Positions 49,203 to 60,696 of a DNA stretch of 64,000 nt are shown here, piece by piece. The notes under the pieces are model-generated. The model was not told the DNA's origin. It did not search any database and saw only the letters and a list, made by a program, of their open reading frames with translations. Made by a program: the position numbers and the translations under genes. Numbering within the stretch: position 1 is the first letter of the stretch; every line of letters starts with the position of its first letter. The DNA is from Aplysia californica (taxonomy: Eukaryota). Location: positions 464,741 to 528,740 of the forward strand of contig NW_004797524.1 in the NCBI RefSeq assembly GCF_000002075.1, given 5' to 3'.

Positions 49203-51455
49203 ATGATGTATCTGATGGAAGTTTTCCTCATACTAAGCACGGCTCTGATTATGACATCAGCTGTTGGGCCCTTGTGTTTTGAATGTGTGGGCGTGGAGAA
49301 TCCTTACGAGTGTAAAAATATAGTTCGATGCAAAGAGAACCAAATGTGTTTTTCCACGAGGTACATTGACTATCACAACGGGAAGGAGTTCTGGGACCTG
49401 AGCTGTAAAACGGCGTCTTTCTGTATCGCTGTAGGGATTCACACAGGGCGCCGTCGTCGAGACTCTGACTCTGACAATTGGGCTGCACAAAGGATTATAA
49501 GTACCCAGCATGCTCAAGATGAGGCGTTTCAACGACACTCTAGAGAGATTAATGACCACCTTGCTCTCTGCTCCTCATGCTGTCCCGGTGATCACTGCAA
49601 TACCAACGTGTGTCTTACAGGCGTGATCAAACCACCGAAAGGTCTTTCTTGCTACTCTTGTCAGGACGTCAAGGACCCGGCTGACTGCAGACTTGTTGAA
49701 AATTGCAAGTTAGGGGAGAGCTGTGCTGTATGGACAACGCCAAACGGCCTGCTAAGTCTGGGGTGTAAATCCAGCAGTGTGTGTACTGTGGAAGGTAATC
49801 AGATTTTCTACGGGAAACGAGCTCTTGGCGTAAACGCATTTTCTTCACAGCCTTCTCAAACACCGGCAGCTGTTACGGGTAATAGAGGCGTGCGTGCATC
49901 TCGCTATGAAATGCCGAGAACATACGTAACACCGTTTCCCAGCATGAACTTACTGCAAAAGTTCGGTGCCGGTAACTTCCAGCTTAGCGCAGTCGAGCAA
50001 GGCTCTGATGTTTATGACGTCTCCGGATTCCATAGACGATCGGTGAGCTCAGGATGTCGTGCTTGCTGTGACAGCAACTTCTGCGCCCAGCGTTACTGCT
50101 CGCGCGTCACGTCGTTACCCCAGGGCGTGGTCACCGTCACAGCGCCGCCTACTACGACGCCAACGACAACAACAACCACTACCACCACGACAACAACAGC
50201 TGCCCCCACCACCACCACAACAACAGCCGCCCCCACCACTACCACAACAACAACCACTACCACCACAACACCGAAACCATTGTCCGTGAACATCGACCCT
50301 GTCTCTCAGAACGTCACTGAGGGCGACAATACGGCTGTCACTTGCCTCGTTCGTGGACAGCCGCCAATACACGTCACCATCGAGAAGAAAAATTCCGGAA
50401 CATCTCCGACTGTCTTCTGTGATGAGCAAATATTGGTAGATCGGAAAAATATTTCATGCAGATTATCTCAGGTGCCGTTATCACTTTCAGGAAGTATGCA
50501 GTGCAAGGCAACTAATGCGTTTGAGAGTACTTTTTCAACAGCTCAGCTGTTTGTCAAAGAACGTATAATTCCTTTCTCAGTGACACAGAAACCGACGGAT
50601 ACGGACTTGACTCCTGGTATTACCACAGAAATCTTCTGCGGTGTCCGCGGCAAACCGACTGCCCATTACACATGGCTGAGGAACGTGTCCGGAGTTCTTA
50701 ACAAAGTGGTCAACGGCAGTGCAGTGTCCAGTTACTACGACACACGTACTGATGCAGCAGTACTGGCAGTCACTGGAAAAAGCTCGGCCGCTGATGGCGT
50801 CTATACGTGCAGAGCTAAGAACACGCACGAGACTATGGATTTCATGTTCACGCTAAAAACACTGACTGATGTGGCAGTAGTTTCTCATACCCCTAGTAGC
50901 ATTACAATAGGGGCACCGCCTTCTCAAACTGAAGTAACCGTATCTTGCGTTTTTCATAGCTATCCTTCCCCGTCAGTGGAGTGGACCTATAAAACAGAGC
51001 GCGGTTTAGTTGCTAAATTGCCTAAACAAAACTTCAGCGCTTCGTCAACTGGAGACAAGACAGAAAGTCAGCTGACCATCAAAGTGGACTTTATCAAAAA
51101 GAACGCTCTGTCGGGAGTCACGTGTTTTGGGGACAACGGGTACGGGAAGGTGAATGCGTCAACTTCCATAACAATTCAAATGCCCGCCAAGATCACCACA
51201 CCTGCTCAGAACTATACAGTCCAACATGGACACAGCCTAGCAATCAACTGCGATGTGACAGGAAACCCTCAGCCAGTGATCAATTGGCAATTTCTTGACG
51301 AGTACGGATTGCCGTCAGTATTGCCAAACATTCGTTTGGAAAACCAAGCAAGGAGACTAATTGCTGATAAAGTAAGTTTCCCAGGGACGATTATCTGCAT
51401 GGCATCTAATTCACTTGGAACAGATGAAGCCAGCTTCGGAATTAAAGTTATATGA
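49203..51455 (+). CDS. Secreted 750-aa protein: signal peptide, two split 12-Cys Ly6/uPAR-like domains, Thr-rich mucin stalk, four Ig-like domains; single coding exon
   Basis: Uninterrupted ORF from ATG 49203 with a hydrophobic leader. Two C-x2-C-x8-C-x5-C-x5-C...C-x2-CC-x4-C-x4-C units, poly-Thr at ~50142-50270, and Ig I-set-type motifs (C-V-G-P...W...G-Y-C-A-N) at ~50278-51452. No TM segment is visible. Confidence 0.9.
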   Translation: MMYLMEVFLILSTALIMTSAVGPLCFECVGVENPYECKNIVRCKENQMCFSTRYIDYHNGKEFWDLSCKTASFCIAVGIHTGRRRRDSDSDNWAAQRIISTQHAQDEAFQRHSREINDHLALCSSCCPGDHCNTNVCLTGVIKPPKGLSCYSCQDVKDPADCRLVENCKLGESCAVWTTPNGLLSLGCKSSSVCTVEGNQIFYGKRALGVNAFSSQPSQTPAAVTGNRGVRASRYEMPRTYVTPFPSMNLLQKFGAGNFQLSAVEQGSDVYDVSGFHRRSVSSGCRACCDSNFCAQRYCSRVTSLPQGVVTVTAPPTTTPTTTTTTTTTTTTAAPTTTTTTAAPTTTTTTTTTTTTPKPLSVNIDPVSQNVTEGDNTAVTCLVRGQPPIHVTIEKKNSGTSPTVFCDEQILVDRKNISCRLSQVPLSLSGSMQCKATNAFESTFSTAQLFVKERIIPFSVTQKPTDTDLTPGITTEIFCGVRGKPTAHYTWLRNVSGVLNKVVNGSAVSSYYDTRTDAAVLAVTGKSSAADGVYTCRAKNTHETMDFMFTLKTLTDVAVVSHTPSSITIGAPPSQTEVTVSCVFHSYPSPSVEWTYKTERGLVAKLPKQNFSASSTGDKTESQLTIKVDFIKKNALSGVTCFGDNGYGKVNASTSITIQMPAKITTPAQNYTVQHGHSLAINCDVTGNPQPVINWQFLDEYGLPSVLPNIRLENQARRLIADKVSFPGTIICMASNSLGTDEASFGIKVI

Positions 51456-52399
51456 TACATGTGTGGAAAAAAGTACGTGCGCGCATTATAGACTTGAATC
51501 ATGGTATTCTAGACCATGCAATGAAAAACTGCAGCTCTTAGTCTTTGCTTTCTCTAAAACTTTAGCTGCGAAATATGAGCACCGTGGGCGTCCAAAGAAG
51601 GGCAAAAACACCACTCTCACTATAGCTTAAGTGGAGTGCGCACATCACCACCCCCACCCCTTCCCCCTTTTCCCACGTCCTTCAAATAGAGTCAAATGGT
51701 GTGCTCTATTATAAAATTATAAACTGGAATTACGTCAGTGTGCAGATCTAGGATATTAAAAGACAAAAGTCTATGGCACGCAACAAGACAACTTCGCCCC
51801 TCCACCCTTCCCTGAATTGACCCATTCGCTGCTTCAGATAATGGGTAGTTGACGTCATAACTAGTCATTACCCTGAAACCTAATTCATCGTACTTGTCAT
51901 CATGTCTTCTGTCAAACACTGTCCTCTCAACAACAAAAATTTTCAAATAATAAAAAAAAAAAGAAGAAAAATACTGTACAGTTTGTTATGTTGCTCTTGA
52001 TAAGAAATAAAGAGTCGTAACGGGGCAGACTGGCCAAATGTTTCATTCCGCTCATCTCAGTACATGTACTTAAATCTATAAAGATGAGTCTGCTAGTAAA
52101 GCACATAAATGTTTAATGGATCACTGTCCTATCTTTTCCCCACACAATTGTTAACGGTTTGTTTACACAGGGAGCATAAATCTTCCTCCTCAAATGCCAG
52201 ATCAGAATCATGACATAATTATATCGGCCATCACGGTTCGCCAGTATGTATACTGTTCGACTGTCCTCGAAATATCACGTTTGCCTTTCATTTGGAACGG
52301 GTATTACGTCAGTGCACACAATCTAAGATATCACGATAAATTCTATGACATATTTTTGTAAGCGTATTACGACGCATGGACATACATGTGTAGGTAGAT

Positions 52400-52900
52400 A
52401 TAAGGTCATAATATGAGCGCACGAAACACACCAGACATTTTCAGTTGATAGGAACTTTTTTATTTTGCCCAGGTGACGGCCGATGCCTACGCTTATTTTA
52501 TCGATTTTGGACCACAAAGTACAAAGTAAAGGGATCTTGAATTAACGTACGCAACTTTCACACGGGACCTCCGATATTTTTTGCCCTTGCCCGAGAAGGC
52601 TAGGTGTAGATCTTTCCTATCACAAGATCAGGGGTGTGGCTTAAGACAGCAGTAAGTGGCCAAGGAGGAGCAGTAGAAAGAGTCAGGAGCAAAGGAGTTG
52701 AGGGAGGGGGTGGGAGGAGCAGGAAGTGGAGACGAAAGCAGAAGACAGAATATTGCTAGTTGCTAGAGAGCAGGAAAGGAGGTGAAAAGTGACACTTACT
52801 TTTTTAGAGTAGAAAATTTTCCGTCGCTATCCGGATTCGAACCCGGGACATATTGAATGAGAGGCGAACACGCCTTAACATCTAGGCCACGAGAGCCCCC
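52400..52900 (-). mobile_element. tRNA(Glu)-like-head SINE, ~500 bp (other copies ~47826-47990 +, ~53640-53945 -)
   Basis: Head GGGGCTCTCGTGGCCTAGATGTTAAGGCG...CTC...GGTTCGAATCC, pyrimidine-rich body, multiple dispersed copies. Confidence 0.78.
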
Positions 52901-55036
52901 GTCCTGGACTTTATTCCAGTGACGAGACATAACGAGCCGGAGCCACCGACTCAGCTGAACGGTGAAATCATCACGCTGGATTGTCGTGTGCATGTGAAGT
53001 AACGTGATTCGAATCCCAAACTTGGGTTGTTTCAGTTTGAGTTCGAAGTTTTCAGGTACCTGGTTGGTCTTTGGAGATGGACGTTAAATTCGGTGGTCCC
53101 ACTTTTTTTTAGAAGACCTTGCAGTGGTAATGATTGTGGAAGTGTGTTTAACCAAACTCTATGGTTTTTATAACCCACAGAATACCTCACCGTTCAAATT
53201 AGAGACTGAGTGCATCTTGAGTCTCAGCATTTGGAGAACGTAAAACCTGCATTGATTGTGTGTTCGTCGATTTTGAAATGGACGAAATAATAAACTAAAG
53301 TCTATTTGTAAGTTCCAACACAAAGTTCTCCTTTTCGTACCCCTACTAGAATCTAGGTCTCAGGGGTAGCGACTGCTCGTTCATCATCCTGCAGTGCAAC
53401 TGATTTTTGCTTTTACGTAATAGGGTTTTTTGTTCGTACTGGCCTTCAGGCAGCCCAATTCCATGTGTTCTACATGTATATGATTTTATAGTCACATACT
53501 GACTAGAGTATTTTCAGTTTAAGAAGGAATTAATTTTGAATTTTGACCGGGTAGCGGCCGAAGCTTACTTGTTGTACATTGACATGCATCGATTTTAGGA
53601 TCGTCAAGGGTCTTTAAGTTTAATAAGCTCACTTGCACATGGAACCTCCAAGATTATTCGCCTTTATAAGTTTATCCGAGAAGGCTGGGTGCTCGATCTT
53701 ACTTACCCTAAGACCAGGGGTGTGGCTGGAGGACAGCAGCAAGAAAAAGCTAGGACTAGTATGAGTAGCAGTAGAATTTAGAAAGGGTAAGGAGTAGAGG
53801 AGCCCAAAAGTGGGGTTGGGGGAGAAAGTGGAGATGTCAGCAGATGACAACATGAGTGACTAAAAAACAGAAAAGGAGGTTTTTAGGACGAACATTTTTT
53901 GTCGCTGTCAGGGTTCGAAAACAGGACCCTTTGAACGAGAGGCTCCTAGCACAAAAGTTTATAAATGTTCTTAGAAGAGTATTATAATTTGTAGATAGTA
54001 GGACTGCTACAAAGTCAAGACATGGCAGTTTAAGAGAAAATCATATGTTAGTTGTTTCGTATCACTTTTCAGATCTTACAATGTGAGATAATAGTAATAG
54101 TAGTAATATATAGATTTAATAAGTAAAGTTGCACTGTCACTTCTTAATTTAAGAATAAGAAGATAAGCATTGGATGACCATGTCTCGTTGGACCTATGTT
54201 GGTTGCGAACAAAGAGAAAGAAAAAAAGTCTCCTCATTCGTACAATGTACAAGTCTGTTCAGGACACAACATTTATAGTACATGTATACTATGTACTCAT
54301 GTACAATATGTACTCATGTACAATGAATATTACAGACTAAAGTTACTATTGGTCTAAGTTAAAAAGTCCAGGTCTCTAATTTATTGTCGATGATATCTTC
54401 ATTTCTTCATATTTAATTCCAATTCCTTGCAGAGATTACTTGTTTGAAAGTTTGGGAACAGACTGCTTTCAAAAGGGAAACCCCATGGTTTAAGTTTTAT
54501 GGCCCACATTCCTTGATAGTCGTAGAGTGGGAAATAGGTGTACCAGAAAAAGTGGCACGCTGTCTGTCAAAATCAAAAGAGAGACAACGAAATTGTTTAA
54601 AATTCAAAAACACAAGCTGCCACCATCGGTGCAGCTGATTTCATGCTAGACTGGTTTGATAAATTTTCATCTATTGCCATCCTCATAGTCTTAACTCACT
54701 CACAAATTAAATTAAAGGTTCTCTCTCAAAGATAAATTTGACGTATCGAAAAGGGTGTGTTATACTCTTCCTTTTCCTTCACTTTACCCAATACAGGGTC
54801 TGTTTCAAGTTAATCACATCCCCTTTTCTTGTGTAGGGTCTTCTGAGTACTCAGTATTTTTCCTTTCATTTTGCCACTCTAAATGCACATATTCTTCATA
54901 GTTTCATAGCCAGAGTTCTTTCAAAAGCCTCGTAGCACATGTACTTCCTCCAATCCTTATCCTGTTTCCACAGTGTTGGCATCAACACTGATTTTACAAA
55001 ACACTGAGTGAGAGGTTTGCTTTTTATTTCCCGATA

Positions 55037-55220
55037 AATCTGTCTCCGCGGTTTTAGGCAAAACAAATTCTGAAATTATGCAAACAGCCCAAAAATGTGA
55101 AATTATGCGATTCTGTTAATTATAACCAAGGACGATAAAGGAAAATAATCAGAAATTATGCAAAAAATTATCAAATTTTGCTATATTATGCGGAGTGCAT
55201 AAAACACCGGGGACAGATTA
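55037..55220. mobile_element. Short MITE-like element
   Basis: AATCTGTCTCCGCGGTTTTAGGCA versus inverted TGCATAAAACACCGGGGACAGATT, with internal AAATTATGC repeats. Confidence 0.5.
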
Positions 55221-56295
55221 ATGAATGTTCAAGAAAATGTAGCACATTTTAGCTATCCTTTTCAATCTTTCTCTTGGAACATCTCAGAACAGCCGTGAAA
55301 TATTTGATTACTTTTATTTAACCATCACTTCACTGCACTGTTACAAATAATACAAAACCTCTAGTCCTCAACATAAAATCCCAAATACAGTCCACGCCGG
55401 CATAAAGCACATTTCGGACTCGAGCACGCTAAACGGCTCTTACCGAATGCGCCTTTAAGCATGGTAACTTCAGCTTCGGGCACGCTTCATTTATAAGACA
55501 GTCAATACTTTCATGATGACCCATCAAAGTTTGAACAGTCTACACCGCAGCAGTGAGTGTGTTAAGAGAAACAAAAACAGCGCAAGTGATGGACACACAC
55601 ACACATGCGCGGCAAGGAAGTCAGAGAGATGCACACAGCCGTGCGTGTGGACATGGTATCTCACCTAGGGCAAAGCTACGCTCAGACAAAAAAAAATACA
55701 AAGAGAGTCGGGGAGATGAGTAAAGGAGGCAGGCTGTGATTTCACCTTATTGCCCCTCGTCATCCGATAATCCTGAATTGATATCATGCGCAAGATGGGA
55801 TCAAAGACCGTGTTTGGGGGATGAAAGCAGTGGTATGAATGTGGTACAGTGGGCAGTGGTACGCACAGGTAGTGTGTAGGCCTTGTGTGCTGTATCGTGA
55901 CTGGCTGTCTAAATTAAGGTTTTATTTCCTATTCAACCACAAAACAAAACAAACAAACAAATGAAAACTGCCAAGGCTGGTAAAAATTACAGTGCACACT
56001 TTTGTGGGACCACCATAGGCCTACTTACAAAGGGAAACAGGACAGGAAATTTTCTACATGAAAATCTCTGGATTATATCTACTTCGCACTCAAGCACGTT
56101 TCGGCATTAAGCACGCTTATGCTTTCTCCCGATGACCGTGCTAAAAGCCGGCCTGGACTGTAATTGCCCCGCACCGCAGACATGTAGAACAGACCAAATC
56201 TGCATCCATTTGTACAAATTAAATCACAAAAGAAGAGACAGAAACAAAAACAAACAAAAGCCTTAAATCGATTATGTTCCAACACTATACTTTAT

Positions 56296-59200
56296 TTACT
56301 TCTTCTTTTTCAACTTCCTTTTCCCTTTGCCCTTTTTCTTTGTCTGCAACTTCTGTTTCAACATCTGTTTCTTTTTGAGTTTCTTGACTTGCATTTTCTG
56401 GGCAGACAGCTGATTGCTGCAAGCTGCTAGCCTGAAAAAAAGAAATGAACAAGACATGCTTTTTTATTTAATTTTCGAATATAACTGTCTTTACATACCC
56501 AGCAACACAACTTACAATATCAACAAGGCCAAGGAGGCAAGGTTCCAATCCTGCCAATCATGGCCAACCCCTGCTGAGAGGGATACAACATCCCAGCAGA
56601 AAGATTGCGATACTCGATAAAAATCCTCCTCACTTGGGATTCAAATTCAAATGTTCTGCATGCAACAGAACACAGATCTTTAGAAAGCAGTACTGTGTTG
56701 ACTTGCCGTAACCACTAAGCATTTGTGGTGTAATTGTTACCTGTTTTCAAAAGATGTAAGTTTGATTCTCGAATGACAATTTGTTCTTGGGTATCTCCAC
56801 CCCTCATCATAGGCATAGCAACTGAACTTTTTACATTTGTACCATCACCAACCCCCCCCCCTTCCCCAAAAGGAAAACCGAAAAAAAAAAAAGCAAAACA
56901 AAAACAACCACAAGTAAAAAGTAGATTCCTGTTGGGTTGAAGGCTAGTGCTGCATCACATTGAATATGTGGTAAGGGAAAGAGACTGCTCCTGCTTCACA
57001 TGTTAATGGAGAATGAATTATTGTATACACTATCACAAGCAAAATGATATTGAATCTCTTCACCTCCACTTGAAGTTGAAGCCAATGAGTGAATAATAAA
57101 AAGTAAAGAATATCTTATCTTAAAAAAAAGAAAAATGTGAGATAGCATTCGTTTCACGCTCTACAACACTGTTTGTAGTAATGTTAATTAAGAGGAGGAA
57201 CCTCTGAATCTATGTCCATCTCCGACAGGACTCAGCCAAATCAGAAAATTCGTGTAAAGTGAATTTCCAAGGCCACAATATTGGACCAAGCTGAAGCTCA
57301 AATCCTTGAACCAGAAATGTCACAATTACAAGTCCTGTGGCCTTACCACAAGACCACTGGCAACATCAACTGTGTCTAAATTTTGTTCATAATTATTTGC
57401 AAGCAAACATATTTCAAGGACTGAAATAAGCATTGTACTCTTAGTTCAAGTCTTAGTTTGGGTTCTATTACTGCAATAACTGTTTTTCCCTAATTTGTGT
57501 CAAAATTGTGTGAACTCCATTTCCGGAGCTTACTACTGCTATGTGGCTTCATTGTACACAACTATGTCCATGTAGAGAGCTCCAGACCATATACTATACA
57601 ATTCACAGGTAAAGGAGATCATGTCCTATAGAGAAAAAAACGTATTTGTTGGCACAGGTCTGAGAAAAAACTTTCAGCATTCATCTGAACACCATTCTTT
57701 TTGTTAAAATAACAGGTCTCTTCAATTATAACCAGTCCTATGATACTCAGAGGAGAGCAGTTTTTGTTTTGTTTTAGTAAGCATTTTACAGAGAGAGAAA
57801 AGAACGATAGACGTTGAACAAAAAAGAAAGAACAAACCACACCAGAGCCAGAGCACCCCCCAATCCCGCACAAGGTGAGTAGCAAATAGAAATAATACTA
57901 GCTACACATGAAGAGAGTGAAGTAGTAGCAAGGAATACTCAATATCTTAACGCTGTCACAATACATACAGATTTCATTAGACCACTAGCTAGAAATGAGA
58001 AGAAAGTGTATTAGTTTTAGTAGAGGTTTTTAGGCGCTCGCAACTGCATAAGATCATATGAGCACCAGAAGATTAAAGGGGGTACAAGAGAGTAACAAAC
58101 ATGAAAAAGAAGAAGGGGAGATAAGGACGATAGATGTTTCATTGGAAAGAAGAAGCAAACCACACCAGAGCACCCACACAATGTCCTAATTTCCTACCTC
58201 TTACAGTTGGGCATAGATAACTCAAAACACATAGGGTATTGACATATATATATGTGTGTTTGATACATCCATAAATCGGGTTAACTAACTGACAATGAAT
58301 AATTAAAGATATCAGTTGATGAACGGCAAATTGTACGAGCTATCCATGATTTTCGTGTTCATGTTATCTGTGCCTGACAATATATATATATATATACAAA
58401 ACATATCTCTCTAAGAATGCAACACAGCAAAAGGAACAGAAAATACAAATCACTTACTTCTGTTTTAAGGACTTGTTTTTCACAGGCTTCACAGCCCCCT
58501 CATCTTCTTGATTCTCATTTTCTTCTCCTTCCTCTTCTTCTGGCTTGTTCTGGAAAAAAACCCAACCAGTCACTTAAAGTACATGCAACTGAAAACAATA
58601 CGAAAGCAAAACCATCTGGGCACTGGTAATTCTTTATATAGAACTTATGCACATTTGTTATGAAATCACACCACAGACTAACGCAAAAGAAAACCATTTT
58701 TAAAGGAATTTCCCAGCACAAAATGCAACCCACTGATCATCGATCATCACAAGCATCCCACTTCCAAACGTTCAAAGCTGAACAAAAAATCTATGCTCGT
58801 TTACAAAAAGAAACCTCTATGAAGAGGCATTCTGCACTTAAACCAGGGGCTTTGGGAACTTTTCTGCCAACCCAGGTCTAGGTGGTGTGAGAAGTTGGTC
58901 CTTAGCCTGCCACTAGTGAATCTCTTGTAGTCTTGTGGTTTATCGTTAAGACATGGACTTTGATCTAGGCTGCTTTCTCCTGGCCTTCCTGTATGGCATC
59001 CATCCACTGTACACTTAAACAGGATCCCCACCACCTCCTGCCAGCTGACCATGATATTATGATGTATGGTTGGACAGCACCTCTGCTTAATTAACTACTC
59101 ATAGTCATAGGCCACCAATCATCATATCACTTGACATCTGTGTGGGTGCTCTTTTTCATAGCCTGAAGACTTCAGGGATAAGTCCATGTCAGGTTGACTT

Positions 59201-59881
59201 GTTTAATGAATAATAATGACTAAGGAGTACTGCAGCACTGACATTCCCACATCCTGTGCCTATTACAAGGGTAACTCTATGAAATAAATGATTGTGCCTG
59301 GGTAGTACTATCTGAAATAAAAGTCCTTAAATTCAAAAGTAGATAATAATTTCTAGAAGTAAAAAAATTACACTTTCAACAGAGTAAGGCTGGATGCAAC
59401 TCATGAAGCCTGTCAACTAGTCTCCTTAAATAGTGCCTTTATTTCAACGTTAAAGGCTTTCCAAAGAACATAACACAAGCAGCTTTCACTGAAGTACAAT
59501 GCCTGGTAAAATTAGATTTAGATGTTAGTGATGATACATTTAGTACACTTAACATCATCTGTCATCTCAAGTACGAGTCAAAATAGCTAAAGAGCAAAAC
59601 ATCAAAATCAAACATTAAGAACATTATTCTTCAAGCTTAAAGCACTACCTGTTGGCCAGTGTTAAAACCCAACCGCATGCCGGATTTTCCAACGTAGTCA
59701 ACTTCTCCAATGTCGGCAATGGTCACTGTATGATCCGGGAGGTCAAAAACTGTTGGATCCACCAGATGTTGGATTTCAGGGATGATCACCGCCTCCTGCC
59801 GCAAGCGACTCTTTTGTTGATCTCTGGCCTGTTGTATTGAAAACAAAAGTCAAAAAGAAAATTAAGAAGACCTGGATATTG

Positions 59882-59925
<44 letters not shown>

Positions 59926-60370
59926 AGGGAGGGAGGGAGGGAGAGAGAGAGAGAGAGAGTGAAGGGACGCTATAATTATAATACAGCCATTAACTTGGAC
60001 TTGGACAAGACTATGTTTTTAAAATTCAGAAAAATCAACTGTTTCATGATACAACAACTATATAATGCAAGAACAGTAAGCGTTACAGTGGTAATTAATC
60101 ATAATTCGATTCTCATATCTTTTGACTGTCTCAGATATTACTGTTTTACTTATTTGAGTCACGGACTTCAGTCCTTATTGAAGTCTACTAGTACACAAAT
60201 TTCCCAAGCTTTGAATAAATTCTGCAGATGACCAAAGAAACAGGAGTTTTTGACATCAACATACCTGCTTAAGGAGCTCCTTCCTTTCATCCATGACTTT
60301 TTTGTCATGCTTCTCTCTTGCCAGCTTTCGCCTTTCATTTTTCCGCTTTTGAAAACCTCGTAGATACTCA
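56296..60370 (-). CDS. NOL12: Nucleolar protein 12 (Rrp17/Nop25 family), exons 60370-60265, 59828-59649, 58549-58458, 56431-56296; first exon not located
   Basis: Splices to EYLRGFQKRKNERRK...|...PTVFDLPDHTVTIADIGEVD...|acidic stretch|Lys-rich tail*. Matches the NOL12 motifs EYLTGFHKRK and YDHPNHTVTV. All phases are compatible. Confidence 0.88.
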
Positions 60371-60467
60371 CTGCCGAAAAGGAAACCAAATTTTAATCCA
60401 AGCTGAAAGATAAAACAGACTGTAACTTACAAAATCTAACTAGTTCTCACTCCCAGTTTTACTTTAA

Positions 60468-60696
60468 CCCTATCCGTACATCGTGTTTTACTATCATATC
60501 CATATGACGTGGGGAACTTTCCAAAGAGGAAATTTACTCATTAATCCGATCCATACCCTTTGCATATAGCAGTCTATCAAAATGATTCTTTGAGAAATAC
60601 TGAAAGTTTCAAAGATATCTAAGAAAAGAAGTATTCTAAAATGTGAAGAACACAACCCTGGGGGGTACAAAATGACCCCAGTGCGTAAGAATAGGG
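60468..60696. mobile_element. piggyBac-like MITE, copy 2
   Basis: TTAA|CCCTATCCGTAC...ATAGGG|TTAA; the body matches 14171-14409. Confidence 0.82.
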
